This document shows, in pieces, positions 13,505 to 27,125 of a stretch of 64,000 bases of DNA. The stretch lies in NCBI RefSeq assembly GCF_009914755.1, contig NC_060926.1. One strand, given 5' to 3'. Every line of letters starts with the position of its first letter. Position 1 is the stretch's first letter. Made by a program: the position numbers and the translations under genes. A model generated the notes under the pieces. That model was not told where the DNA came from. It worked only from the letters and a program-made list of their open reading frames with translations, and made no database searches. The stretch is from the human T2T-CHM13v2.0 reference genome, Homo sapiens.

Positions 13505-14260
13505 CCTTGTGGTTATGAAGAGCATGGGTTCTGGAAGCTAATTAAGGCTTCTAATGTTGGTTCTGCCATTCAGACTGAGTGATCTTGGGGTAAGCTACTT
13601 CATCTTAAACATGTGTATCAATCAGGGTTCAACCAGAAAAACAGAGCCGCTACTATGGGAGGCACTGGGGAGGAGAGGGTCTGAAGGGGGAGCTAGAAGA
13701 TCAGAGGGGCCACCCATCAGTTCACCTGAGAAGGCAGACACGCCCAGCTGCTGAAATAGGATTGTGAATAGGGAGCTGGTGGAGAAATCTATGGGGGGCT
13801 GTTGCCACAGAAGGGTCACATTCAAGTATAAGGTGGCACTGCAATTAATCATTGATGCCAGAGGCCTCCCAAAATGGCAGGACGTGGAGTAGAGGAGAGC
13901 AGACAGCTGGAGCCCACTGGCACCTTTATGTCTGTCCACTGCTGTATCGAAAGATGACAATCTTCAGAGAGTAATGGCTGCTGCTTTACTTCTGTCTTCC
14001 AAATCTCCTGCAAATTCTACTTTTGGCAAAATCAACACCAGAATCATACTGGGGAGAGGATTCTGGAGAACCTTCTGGAGAAGGTCTAGCTTAGCTGATT
14101 GAAGGAGTAAATATCACCACGTGAATCGTTTTTAAAAATGTAGTTATTCAGAGTTCATAGCTCATGGGGATGTTGTGAAAAGTAAATGAGATTTAATACA
14201 TGCAAAGAAAGCACTATTCACAGTCTGACACATAGTAAGCACCCAATAAATGTTGTCATT
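13505..14260 (+). mobile_element. MIR split by an LTR insertion (5' part ~13505-13612, 3' part ~14130-14260)
   Basis: gtggttatgaagagcatgggttctgg...gtgatcttggggtaag, resuming with ttgtgaaaagtaaatgagat...cacatagtaagcacccaataaatg. Confidence 0.7.
13613..14120 (-). mobile_element. ERVL solo LTR (LTR40/41/52-like)
   Basis: Begins tgtatcaatcagggttcaaccag; ends ttccaaatctcctgcaaatt...ggattctggagaa...agcttagct...caccac. Confidence 0.65.
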
Positions 14261-14394
14261 TATGCTTTGCTTTCAATCCATTTCCTCTCATGATACTCTT
14301 CTACTTAAGCACTATTACCAAATTTATCAGTGTCATTGCCATGGTATGTATCATCAATGTTCAGGATAATTAGTGAATGATTGTGGGATGTGTA

Positions 14395-14600
14395 ACAATA
14401 AAATAGATATTTATTGAGTACTTAGTAGGTAACATACAATGTACTTTTACATGCTTTAGCACACATGATACTTATAGCAATCTTGTGACCATCATCATTC
14501 ACATTAAAACATGAGGAAATTGAAGTAGAGAGATTATTTACTTGCCCCCAAATTACACAGGATTAAACACAGTGCCAGTTTACTCTGGAGTAATGTAAAC
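14395..14600 (-). mobile_element. MIR SINE
   Basis: atttattgagtactta...atgaggaaattgaag...acttgcccccaaattacacag. Confidence 0.7.
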
Positions 14601-15069
14601 CCAACCATTTCAAATAATCTGTTTCTGTTAACAGGAATACCTCCTGTAGGAAGATTATCTTCAGAAATACAGCACCTTCAAAACTTACAACAGATCTTAG
14701 AGTTCCTTTTTGGTTGTTATAGTTTCACACAAAATCTGGGCAAATTATAAATCTGCCCTCTATGGTTTGCAATGAGACCAGTGGTGGGAAAGAACTTGGT
14801 ATGAGGCAGTGTTTAACAAAGTAGCCTTGCTCAAGCCAACAAAACGTAGAAGTAGTTGGGAAGAGAGATGGAGAAAAGTTGAAGAAAGGTTAAAGTTGGC
14901 TCATAATTAGATACAGTTTTACAACATAAAACATGAAAAACTTGCTCTAAATAGACTCCTAGGCCCTTTTAAAGCATGGCCTGTGACTTTTACTGGAAAA
15001 AAAAGTTCCTTAAATTATTACAGCCAGTAGTTCTCTTACCCTAGCCCTAAGCTCGAGTTGTCTCCTAAA

Positions 15070-15282
15070 GCAGAAACTCCAAATTGGCAGCTCTACAGAT
15101 TGCATGGAATGGGCTTGTGCAATCTTTTAAAACTTAAAAAAAAAAAAAAAAGCCTATCTAAATGTTTTCAGATGGGGCTTATCACAGTTTCTAATCATCT
15201 CTCCTTATCTGTCTCCCAGCCTTCCTTCACTTATTGATGCTACATGCCTCAATCTAGAAGGCATGTGAGCTTCCAGCTCCTG
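15070..15282 (+). mobile_element. hAT-Charlie MITE (MER102/MER112-like)
   Basis: End ...tacatgcctcaatctagaaggcatgtgagcttccagctcctg resembles the MER102/112 terminus. Confidence 0.5.
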
Positions 15283-16882
15283 CAGAGTCATGATTTCTAG
15301 GACAGATTTCAAAGGGATTGGCTGGTCCTGAATTTCCACATGGAAATCAACAGAGACAAGGGGCATGAACCTTCCCAATTCAATTTTCTACTCATCTGAC
15401 CCCTTCCCTCCCAGCTCATTCCTGAAAGTTCTTTATGGATAAACTTGTTGTGTGGCATTCTGACAACGGCTACGTTTACCTTCTAAGAATTAAGACCTGA
15501 ATTGCTCAAAAAACCAAGTGCTGAAACCATACAATTTCACCTTTGTCAAATGTGACATGCATTTTGTAAATGAAAAGTCCTGAGATATAAAGGCTGACTA
15601 AGCACCAAAAGAGGGAAACAGAAAACTTAGGATTTGTTCATAAGTAGGCACAGGTGCAATCTCTGCAAATACACTTGAAAATGGGTTAATTGTGTACTTC
15701 TTAATTTGTAGGGCTTGAAGTTTTAAAGTGTGGTATTAGGCAAATATTTAATTTCCTAGAGTTTGGAACACACGTGGTATGAAAACTTGAAGGTACTAGA
15801 ATATGATAAATGATAATGTTTTAGCTATGTTGACAAGCAAAAGCTGGATTTGGTATTTTATGGTAAAGATTGACAAAAATTTGTGGCATAATTTAAAACA
15901 CCTGGGTGTAGTTAAGGTAGCCATAGATTTATTGAATAGAATCTTCCTTTTTTATGAAGATATGGAGATAAATGGGATTATAGAGTCTAACTTGCTAAAA
16001 GGAGACATAAAACCTTGCTCTTTATAAGAGAAGCCTTGTAGGAATTTACATTTGTGAATTTCTCCTGGTGTGCTCAGTTTCCCAGTATGTGTACCTGAAT
16101 CTGAGGATCTGCCCCATTCCTTTATATCTTCACTATTCTCTTATGCTTTTTCTCAAACTTATATAATTAAAGATGCTTTTGCTTGTATGGGTATTTAAAT
16201 CAAATTATTGCTTTAAATTAAGTATAAATGTATAATCTTGTTTTCCTAACTCTGGCAATGTTCTGATCTTTGCTTTCACAAACAAAATGCTTGTTTATAG
16301 TTTACAGAATAAGATGACTGTAACTAGAGTCTTTGATTTAAAAAAAAGCTTAATTGTTGAAATTAAAGGATCTCACCAAACATATTGAATATTATTCATT
16401 TGGAAAACTATATCAATTTACACATAATTACAATTCCAGAATGTGTGCAATCACGCACTTAACATAATTAGGGAAATTAATACAAATCCCAATTCCTCAT
16501 ATACTAATGATGGCTTCTAGAACACATATCTTTCCCATTTTTATCCAACGTATAGTGCATAGAGGCCTGGCCTGTGTAAAAAATGCACTTGTAGAAAAGT
16601 ATATATTCCCAATTTCAAGGATTCTTTTGAGTACTCAGGAAAGTATATAAAACTATATATAGAGCCTTACAAATCAAAGTAGACAAATACAAATTATTTG
16701 TTATATATTTTGAAAGAAAAAGAGGTGAAATACTTGGTTTAAGCTCAGTCATCAAGGGGGAACAGTTTTAGGGGAAAGAGGTTTAAGTTGCACAATTAAT
16801 ATTATCAATGGCACCAATAATAATGATCTGACTCATTTTGGAAAAAATAATGCTGTCTTTGGCCTTGAATTTTAGAATTGCT

Positions 16883-17096
16883 TGAGTTGTGCTAGTAGAA
16901 TTTTCTACAATGATGGAAATGCTGTATATTGTGCACTGTCATATATAGTAGTGAACAGCAATGTGTGACTATTGAGCATTTGAAATGTGGCTAGTGCAAC
17001 TGAGGAACTGGATTTTAGTTTTATTAATTTTAATTAATTTAAGGTTAAATTTAAATAGTCATATATGGCTAGTGGCTACTGTGTTGAACAGTGCAG
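16883..17096 (+). mobile_element. MER3 (hAT-Charlie)
   Basis: aatgatggaaatg...ttgagcatttgaaatgtggctagtgcaactgaggaactg...tggctagtggctactgtgttgaacagtgcag. Confidence 0.85.
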
Positions 17097-17177
17097 TTCT
17101 AAAGTGTTATTGATAAAACCGCTTTGTGAAATTTCTGTAATTTACTCACTTATTCATGGACACATTTATATATTTTT

Positions 17178-17480
17178 ACGTTCATTTATTCATTCTACAA
17201 ATATTTATTGATGGCCTTCTTTGTTCCAGGCATTGAGAACATAATGGTGAGCAAAACTGACCAAGGCCCTACTCTTGTGGAATTTATATAGTCTCATGGA
17301 ATAGATGGATACCAATCAAATAATCACACAGCTGGTAGAAATTAGAAGAACTGAAGGTTGTAAGATTATCCTGTGTGGTGATTTCTGTGAGGAAGTCCAG
17401 GCTTTGCAACCTCTTTAAAGTCTTCTGATTTTCCCCCAGGAAATGACCTCTGACCTGAGATCTAAAAGATGTTTGGCTCT
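17178..17480 (-). mobile_element. L2 3' end
   Basis: ttcatttattcattctacaaatatttattga...ccaggcattg. Confidence 0.7.
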
Positions 17481-17771
17481 ACAAAATGGATGGATTTTAT
17501 CAGTTGACACTACAGAGATCAAACAAGGTTGTAGGAACAAATTTAGATAATTATCATACTGACTACATATGTAAACAAAACAACTGTTTCTCTTTAGAAA
17601 GAAGAATATCAGGAGCGTGGTGGCTTAGAATTATTAAAGCTGTCAAAACTGAAAGTTGAACAACTGATCACAGTATAGCCAGGGAGTTTCCAAGTCATTT
17701 TGACTCATAGTGTGTAAGGCAGAGGTGCCCTTAAGAGCTTCCTTCTCTGTTATTGAAATAAGGTACAGAAA

Positions 17772-17824
17772 ACACATATACGCACACACGCACACACGTG
17801 CGCGTGCGCGCACACACACACGCA
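17772..17824. repeat. Mixed (CA)n/(CG)n alternating purine-pyrimidine tract
   Basis: acacatatacgcacacacgcacacacgtgcgcgtgcgcgcacacacacacgca. Confidence 0.9.
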
Positions 17825-18187
17825 GCTGGGTTTAATTAAGAGGAAAGTGGTCAGATGAATTACATTTTCTTAAAGAAATATTTTGAGATGTTCTTGGAAA
17901 AATATATCCCTACTGAATAGCTAGGTTTCTGACATAGACAAAATATGTCTCTTGCAAACATGCCATAAAAAACAGCGCTGATCTCTTCCATTCAGATTTT
18001 TCCCAGTGCCTTAGGGTTATCCAGGGAAACAGTTGATCTGAGGGTTTAGGAAACAAAGATGTCCAAAATGATCATAAATAGGGATTGAAATCTAGTTTGC
18101 ATGTAGAATTCCAATCCCCCTGGAAGTTCTAGCTGATAATCTAATTTAACCATGAAATGATATATGATAATTTGAAAATAATTATGT

Positions 18188-18255
18188 ACTTTCAAATGAG
18201 AAGCCACTGAAGTACCACAACACTTTCAAATGAGAAGCCACTGAAGTACCACAAC
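18188..18255. repeat. Perfect 34-bp tandem duplication
   Basis: actttcaaatgagaagccactgaagtaccacaac at 18188-18221 and 18222-18255. Confidence 0.97.
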
Positions 18256-18277
18256 ACAGAATTAAAGTAGCATGTGA

Positions 18278-18582
<305 letters not shown>

Positions 18583-19463
18583 GTGTGACACTCTAATTTT
18601 GACTGCTGTAATTTTAATTTGGGGTTGGAGTCAGGGTGGCATGGCCTCCTCAAAACATCCTGATGCTAGTAACATATCCAGGCAGAATATCTAAGACAGA
18701 TAGACTCTCTTATCTTCAAAAGTGTGCAAAAACTATTTTGAGCACCTCTCCCACTGTAATATTTCATGAATCTGCCCAGTTTTTATGGAATGCTGCCAGG
18801 TGGCTGAACTCTATCCTTCACCCTTTCTTCTCCCTTCTTGGTATGCCTGAGAGTATGTGAATTAAGTGACATGCGTAATAACTATAACAAAATTTTATTG
18901 CATTCAATAGAAATCACTACATAACACACCTGAATATTCTGGGGATATGTGCTACATAGAGCCAGTGAGAACTCTTGGGTCGACGCAGTATTGGATGCTT
19001 TTGTCTCACCCACACGAGACAAGTTGTTACCATGTCTTTCCCTAGGCCTATGTGTAAAATCTCCATGAGTGATAGGAGTGATAGGATGCTGCTCCATGAG
19101 TCCACATCTGCAGATCCCCTGAAGCTTCTGAACGTTATCGATTGTACTGAATTCAATTTTCTTTCAAACACACACAAATTGTTTTCATTAGGATATGTGC
19201 TCAGTCCTTGCCCAGAGGTAAGCATTGCCTCTAGGCAAGTCCCTGGGTTATTACCCTGTGTTCACCCTTTCTGACTTGTGGCTTTACATTAAAGAGATCT
19301 TGTTGAGTAGGCTTGTGTGTATGGAGGGGGAGGCAGGGAGATTCAGTTCATTTCACTCTGGTGGTCACTAATGTCCTTCCAGGCCCAAACCATTATCATA
19401 CATTCTGTAGCCACTTACATGTGTACATGTAAATGACTTGTGGAAGTCCTACAGGTAAGTTAG

Positions 19464-19779
<316 letters not shown>

Positions 19780-19937
19780 TTAACTTTTTATAATGCAAAA
19801 TTTCAAACATATCCTAAAGCAGACACACTGGTGTAATGAAGTTCTATGTACTGCCATCACTCAGCTTTCACATGATCAACTCATGGCCAGTCCTGTTTCA
19901 TTCACAGCCCCACCTATTCACCACTTTCTGTATTACA

Positions 19938-21296
19938 CAACAAGTCTTCACTTAACTTCATCCATAGGTTCTTGGAAACTGAGAAACAATGTGTAAGAAA
20001 ACCAATTTTGTCATAGGGTAATTGATATATAAACAAGAGTTACATCCCTAAAAATGGAACTACCATTCCAGTCAGCAATTCCACTACTGGGTATATTCCC
20101 AAAGGGAATAAATCATTACATCAAAAAGATACCGGCATTCACATGTTTATTGTAGCACTATTCACAATAGCAAACATAGGGAATCAACAATGGAGGACTG
20201 GATAAAGATGAGGTGTAGATGCACCATGGAATAAAGTTATAAAGAAAAATGAAATCATGTCTTTTGCAGCAATATGGATGGAACTGGAGGCCATTATCCT
20301 AAGTGAAATAACTCAGAAACAGAAGGTCATATACCACCTGTTCTCACTTGCACGTGGAAGCTAAACAGTGGGTGCACATGAACATACAGAGTGGAATAAC
20401 AAACACTGGAGACCCCAAAATGTGGGAAGGTGGGAGAGGGGTGAGGGTTGAAAATGTACTAAGAGCCCAGACTTCACCACTATGTACTATATACATGTAA
20501 GAAATCTGCACCTGTACCTCCTAAATGTATGAAAATAACATTTTTTAAAAAGAATTAAGTTTCTATGGCATATTTCTGATCACAGAAACATCACCAGACT
20601 TATAAATAAAGACCCTAAACACTTATAATATTAAACACTGAAATAAACGTGAGTTATACCTACATTTAAGGAAGATTAATATAAACAGGATAATTACCCA
20701 ATTTTGGTGAATCACTGAGTGATGGTAGGCATAAAGGTAGTGGTTTAAATCAAAGAATAAATGTTTGCAAAGTACAAATCATAAGGAGCATCTTCTCCCA
20801 CCAATACGGTTCAAAATCAAACAAGGACAAATCTGGTAGGCTTGCTAAGTGCTTTTGTGCTGCATCATTTATTGTTGTGCATTTGTGTGATTATTGAACA
20901 CTTTTCAGATTTTTATTTTATAATAACTTGTATTCATTCATTCATTTTCCAACCTGCATATTCCAGTTCAGGGTCACAGGTGACTGGAGCGTATGTCAGC
21001 ACCTCAGAGCACAGAGATGGAAACCAGCCCTGGACAGGACACCATCCCATCACAGAGTGCATCACACTCCAATACTCATTCATATGGGGACCATTTAGAT
21101 GCACCCGTTTACCTAATGTGCACATCTTGGGATGTGGGAGGAAAGTTGAGTAGGAGTTCCCAGAGAAAACCCATGCAGACATGGGGAGAATATGCAGATG
21201 CCACACAGACAGGGGCCCTGGCGCAGAGGCCATTTTTTCTTTCTCATCAATGTTATAACAATGTTGAACGAAACAGCATTATCCGGGGACTTGCTG
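19938..21296 (+). mobile_element. MER6 (TcMar-Tigger non-autonomous element), interrupted by an L1 3' fragment
   Basis: TIRs caacaagtc / gacttgctg; internal ataggttcttggaaactg, ccagccctggacaggac, gggatgtgggaggaaa, gagaaaacccatgcagacatggggagaa. Confidence 0.85.
20050..20550 (+). mobile_element. L1 3' end (L1PB4-like)
   Basis: ORF2 C-terminal motifs cagcaattccactactgggtata, atggatggaactggaggccattatcctaagtgaa; 3'UTR agcccagacttcaccactatg. Confidence 0.88.
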
Positions 21297-21359
21297 CATT
21301 TTAAAACAAATTCGTGAATAGTTTACAGATGGATGGAGCAATTAATAGAGGAGGCCACT

Positions 21360-21590
21360 TTTCCCCCAAAGCCTTCTTTGATCCTTTGCTCCCCAGTAGG
21401 AAGTAACGGCCACCCTTGAGACTCCCCATCATTTTCTCCCTATTTTTCTTCTAGCACCTACCGTTGTTTCTTGCCTGGAATTATACGTCTTTTTGTATAT
21501 CTCTCTTTCCTATTGAACCCTAAGCTCCTTGAAGGCAGGCTCCATGACTAACTCATACAGCATTCAATAAATATTTATTGAATGAAGACA
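21360..21590 (+). mobile_element. L2 3' end
   Basis: taagctccttgaaggcagg...ttcaataaatatttattgaatgaa. Confidence 0.7.
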
Positions 21591-21949
21591 GGAATATATA
21601 AAGATGGGTTACAATGATTGAAATCCAAATTTAGATCAAGACAGATCCATACCCAGCACTGGGAATCTCTTTTTTCTGTGATTTGATCTGGCTTCTGTTT
21701 ACAGATCTTAATTGAGTACAGACTTTGAGTTTCTTCCAAATGCCAATAAAACCTTTAGACAAAATATGTTTATCTCGAATTGAATAAAGAACTAAATATG
21801 GCAGAAGATATATTTGTTATTTATGATAATATAAAAGAAGCAGTTTCATGTAGCTATGTATTAAAGGACACAAACTTGAAAATGGAAATCTCTATTTTTG
21901 CATGAAATAGTAAAAGAAATTTGGAAAGGATGAACTTCCATGTAAAAAT

Positions 21950-22170
21950 GAACTTTAGGGTCAGGCAGACCTGGTTGCAAATTCCAGCCCTGTCACTTTG
22001 CTATATGACCTTGAATAAGTTACTCAGCCTCTCTGATCCTTACTTTCCTAATCCATAAAAATGGGAAGAGTTTTTCCTTGTTTCTCAGGATTGTGAAGGA
22101 TTAAATGAGGTAGCATATGTGAGACCACCCAGCACTGTCTCTCATGTAAAGTTGGTCCTCCCACGTGTTG
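21950..22170 (+). mobile_element. MIR SINE
   Basis: tcaggcagacctgg...tgaccttgaataagttactcagcctctctg. Confidence 0.8.
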
Positions 22171-22432
22171 GTAATAATTCTAACAACCACTTATTCAGAG
22201 CTTACTATGTGCTGGCACTGGATTAAGCAGGATACAAGTATTATTTTAATTAGTCCTCACAGTAACTTTGAGGATGGTGTTAATATTTTCATTTTGCTCA
22301 TGAGGAAACTGAGGTCTAGAAAATTAAGTAACTTGCTCAAGGTCACGCAGCTAGTTAGAGCTAGGGCTCTAGAAGACTTGATCCTGAGTCTTTATGACAT
22401 GGAAGTGGAATTCTTGTTCCTACTGTGCTGCC
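22171..22432 (-). mobile_element. MIR SINE (tail-to-tail with the preceding MIR)
   Basis: atgaggaaactgagg...ttaagtaacttgctcaaggtcacgcagctag. Confidence 0.85.
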
Positions 22433-22464
22433 TAACTTTCTTTCATTATAATTTCTTTGAAACT

Positions 22465-22592
22465 GGCTGGCACGGTGGCTCTAATACTTGTAATCCCAGC
22501 ACTTGGGAGGCTGAGGCGGGTGGATTGCCTGAGCTCAGGAGTTTGAGACCAGCCTGGGCAACATGGCAAGACCCTGTCTCTATTTAAAAAAA
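22465..22592 (+). mobile_element. Free left Alu monomer (FLAM-type)
   Basis: Single left arm ending gaccctgtctctatttaaaaaaa; ttgaaact repeated on both flanks. Confidence 0.85.
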
Positions 22593-24809
22593 ATTTTTTT
22601 GTTGTTGAAACTTTGCATAGAAAAGGACTTAAAACTCTAGGGAAAATGTCTTTCAATCACTCACTGCTGTTGCAATCATATATAACAGAATCTGAGAAAT
22701 ATGCAACTTTGAGTATTTGGGAGTTTTTGAAACGGGGAGAGTAAATAGTATTAGAATGAATGTTTGAAGACCATATTCATTTTTATTTTAAACACTTATA
22801 GGAATAGTGATTTGGTAGAAAATTAATACATTTAATCAAGGCATGCAGAATGTACAGAGACTTTTTTTGTAACACTCATTACAGTGATGTAGTGGGAAAA
22901 TATTCCTAAAGGCACAACTCAACTTCCAGAAGACATCTATAGCAATAGCAGCATCAAAAATGTATACAATTTATAAAATTTGGAAAATTTTCTGAAGATC
23001 TTAAGTAAAAAATTTAATATTAGTAAAGTTTTAGAAAGTATTTAGAAAATTTAATATTAGTAAAGTTTTTAGTAAAGTTTTTTAGAATAAATATAGAATA
23101 GGTGTTTGTTGGACTACATGAAGGATGAGGCATAAAATGCCCAATATATTCAGTCATTCAGAATCTGAGGCAGTATCCAGGGCTTAATTAGGAGTTCTGA
23201 AATTTCTTAAATCTATTAGTTCCATTAGTTATCCCAACACAAATGTCTAGAAAAGCTTCTACTAAAATATTCAGTTTGATTGTTGGAAGCTGTCATTACT
23301 GTTCTCTTTGAATGAAAATATTTAAAGGATTTGTTCTAGAAAATGCAATCCAGCCTGGAACTCTGTCTTCAAGGTGGGACTGACATGGCTAGTCCCTACA
23401 AGCTTCCATGATCCAAGTACAGATTTACTGTAGTAAAGAAAAATCTGAGTCAAATGTCTGAAGAACAGGGTGTGATTTAGCTAAAAGTGCCAATTTTGTT
23501 ACAGCATGTTTGGAAAAGTTGCCCCCGAACCGGCTGTCATGAGTATTTCTTACATTAAAATAATTCCCACTGAACTTTTTGAAAGTAAATAGCTGGTATC
23601 CAAGAATCTCCCAAAATAAGCCATTGGAAAGTCTCATGAGGACAGGAATCTTTGTCTCTGGCTCTCACCATAAACCCATGTTGACTGTGAAATGAGAGGG
23701 AAATTATCTCTGCCACGGTTCAGCCATACCAGGAGTCTGGCTTTGTGTTTGTTCTTACATTTGAAAACTTTTCCTTAACAAGCTCTCAAATTCCTGGATG
23801 TTACATGAAACATTCTTCAAATAAGTTTTGGATGATAACCTTGATATGATCTAAGTTGTATGCAGCAAATATAAATCTCCAATATTATTATTGCATCTCC
23901 TAAAACTTCCCATGGATTTGAACTCTGGCAGAGATAAAGCAGACCCCAAAATGGTCTCAACTAGACAAATGTTGAATAGAACAATTGCTGCCTCCAGTTG
24001 CTCTTGACACAAGTATTTGGTGGGGTGGGGAGGAGGACAGGGTGTTGTTTGCTATTCATGCACAGGCTCTTTTCTTTTTCATTCTGCAGACAATGATAAC
24101 TAATTAATACTGCAGGGTCCTCAAGGTAGGACACATGGGTCAGTTCCTCTGTACCTGGACTTCTAATCATCTCAGATAAGGAGAAAGAGGAAGGAGCAGT
24201 AGCCACCTGCCTTTAGTAGAAATGTTGCTTGGTTTTCTGGCAGGGCTCTGCCATTCCACTTTGGCTTGGGTATGGGGTGGGCAACTTCTCACCAAGAGGT
24301 CCTCAGGAAGAGAAAGTCTTGGGAGGAGGGGCAGCATGATAGATGAAACATCAGGTTGAAAAAGTCCAAGTATGTTCATCCTTGGTCTCATCTTTAATGT
24401 AAGCAGTTGAGAAATTAAGTTGCTCCTGCTGTGTTAGAGTGTCTCAGTTTCCCCAAATTTAGCCATCAGCAGAGAGCACATGTACATCCTAGGGGCTGCT
24501 GCTTGCAGCAGAAGATAATGCTTTTGCATGCATCTCTAAGCACAGCGTGAAATGAGTCCCTAGTGGGAGGAAGCATGACCAATGAGTGTCAGATGTTCAG
24601 GCTTTCTGTGTGACTCCAGTCAGGGGCGGGGCTGTGGGTAGGTTAAGACAGGGTTTAGGGAAAGAAAGGAATTTGAAGGCAACCAGAGCTCCAGCTTAAC
24701 CAACCCCACAGTATAGAATGCATAAAGAGGCAAGTGGGAAGGAGGATGAAAGGGAGGCAGTGGGATAAAAGAGTGGGGGTTGGGGGTGGGGAAGATCTTT
24801 CCAAGCCAT

Positions 24810-25020
24810 ATATGAGAGCTCTTGTTTACTGGCCTGACCACTCACCAGCAGGGTGACCTTGGGCATGTTACTTAACTTTTCGGGGCCTCACTTTCCTCAT
24901 TTGTATAATGAGGATGATAAGTCTACTTAGGTCATCAGATTTTTAATGAAGTCCAAATGAATACATGTAAAACATTCAGGTCTGTGCCTGGCAAATAGTA
25001 AGTGTTCAATAAACATTAGC
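24810..25020 (+). mobile_element. MIR SINE
   Basis: gtgaccttgggcatgttacttaac...cctcactttcctcatttgta...gtgcctggcaaatagtaagtgttcaataaa. Confidence 0.88.
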
Positions 25021-26955
25021 CTTTAGTATCTGTGGCTCAGGCTTGCTCTTATGATGTGGTTTCATTAGTTTACCTACAGTTTGTACTAAAAGAAGGCTCT
25101 TTTGGAACATGCAGAGAGTGTTTTGCAATACCCAGAGAGGCTCTAGTGGGTATTACTTCATAGTTTGAATAAAATGTATGCTTGTTCAGGGAAAGCTTGG
25201 AGATCCTTAAGAAATGTCTTTAAGAAGGATTACACCTGCCACTAAGTGTAAATTATTTGTCTAATTCAGTGTTTCAAATAAAAAAAAAAAACAATAGAAG
25301 AAAAGACTTTCCTTACATATGTACTCACTTGATAATATAATAGGACACTTAGGGTCTCCCTCTCTGGTTTGCTCAAAAATAAAAAGGCAATTAAAGAACT
25401 TTACAAAACATTCAGTTTCAAAAAGAAAAAAAAAAACAACACTAAGGCTGTGCATATCTTGAGAGCAGTTCCTTTCTTCTGCAGGAATGCCTTCTCATTA
25501 GCTCTTAGTTCAGCCTGCATCTGGGAGTTGGGAGGGTGTTGGTTTGAAACAGACCTCTCTGTACAAATCTGCAAAGAGAGATGATCTAAAAACCCACCAG
25601 AAGGAGAAAGATGCTATGAGCTTCCAAATAACTACACGGTCAAGAACTCATAGGACCTGAAATTTGACATGTGATCAAGGCCAGCACAGGCTTTTGAGAA
25701 ACACAGACAAAAGTTATTGTAAAGGTGATACATTAACTGGTTCAGTAAGAGACGGAGGGCAATACCATTTAAAAAATGTATTTTGGATTTATTAAATCAT
25801 AAGGGAGTGAGGACTTACTTCCTTATGAGATAGCTAACCTGTTTAGGGTTAATCTTAGGTGTCTCCTTGCCAGAGTAGTCAAAAGAGTTGGTACAAGGTC
25901 ATTTTAGATATAAACCAGAAATAGCATGGAGGCATAATTATTATATCAAAAATACAAATCACAGCAAACAAATTTTTCTAGAGACTCAGTTATGGTTTTG
26001 GTCAGGAAAAGAATCGTTGGCGTATTTTCACTGGAGTCTAGCTTCATAGGGTAACCTAGGGGCAGGACTAGTACTGAAGTTACTGGAAAGTCACTGTTAT
26101 TTGGTGTTTCTTCTAAAGTCTGTCATTAATATGTCTCTGACAGAAATTAACTCTGCAAAAAGCGCTGTGGAGAACCTGGGTTTTAATCTAGGGTTTTGCA
26201 AGTTCATGCACCTGGCAGTGGCCTAAGGCGCAGAAGGACCAAACTGAGGTGGGTTGTTATTAAATTGTTTGCATTCAACCTTAGTTTTCTTCTTATTAAA
26301 AATGTTTTCAGGGCAAATAATTGCTAATGCTTCATAAATAGAAAAAAAAAATAAAGTTACAAATCAAATTGCTGTAGTTCATAAGGAAGGAGAGAATTAA
26401 AAAGAAAAAGAAGTTGAACTCTTCATTTGAAAGTTTAGAGTCAGAACCTGGGAGCTTGGATCTTGCCATCAGTGACAGTGTGATCCTGAATAGATATGTT
26501 AGCTTCCCTACATAGGAAGCTGAGTAAGTAACAATCTTTCTGCTACACATTAGGAATACTTTGTGAACATTTCTACTGTGTTTACACAACACAAAATAAA
26601 GTGATTGCTGATTATTTAGTTTAGGTGATCGGTGAAGTTGGCAGAATCAGCCAAGACAAGCCTGAGATTCATTGTCCTTGACTTGTCTGCCTTGATTACT
26701 TACATGGGTCTTAATTAGCCAACAGATTGCAGACTTCCTTTCACTTTGTGCTCAGCAAATTTGACAGCAGAGTTGTTTTCCTCCCTAGTGGAAACGAGCA
26801 ATATTTATATTGCTAAGGTCTAAAAGAAAATTTTTAAAGATGATTAAAAAACTAGAGAGTGGGAAATTTTAGTTTACTGAAACTCTGCTTTCTTGTTCCT
26901 TTCTCCCAAAGCGTACCTCCTCATTTCCTTGAGTCACCTGTTTCACTTCTAAACC

Positions 26956-27125
26956 AATGACTCTCAAATTTGAGGGAGGATCAGACTCACCTGGAGGCTG
27001 GGCCCCACCCCTAGAGTTTCTGATTCAGCGGGTCTGGGGTGGGACCTGAGAATTTGCATTTCCGACAAGTTCCCAGTGATGCCGCTGCTGCTGCTGGTCC
27101 AGGCACCACAGTTCAAGACCCACAG
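26956..27125. mobile_element. MER5A (hAT-Charlie)
   Basis: gggccccacccctagagtttctgattcagcgggtctggggtgggacctgagaatttgcatttc...aagttcccagtgatgc. Confidence 0.88.
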
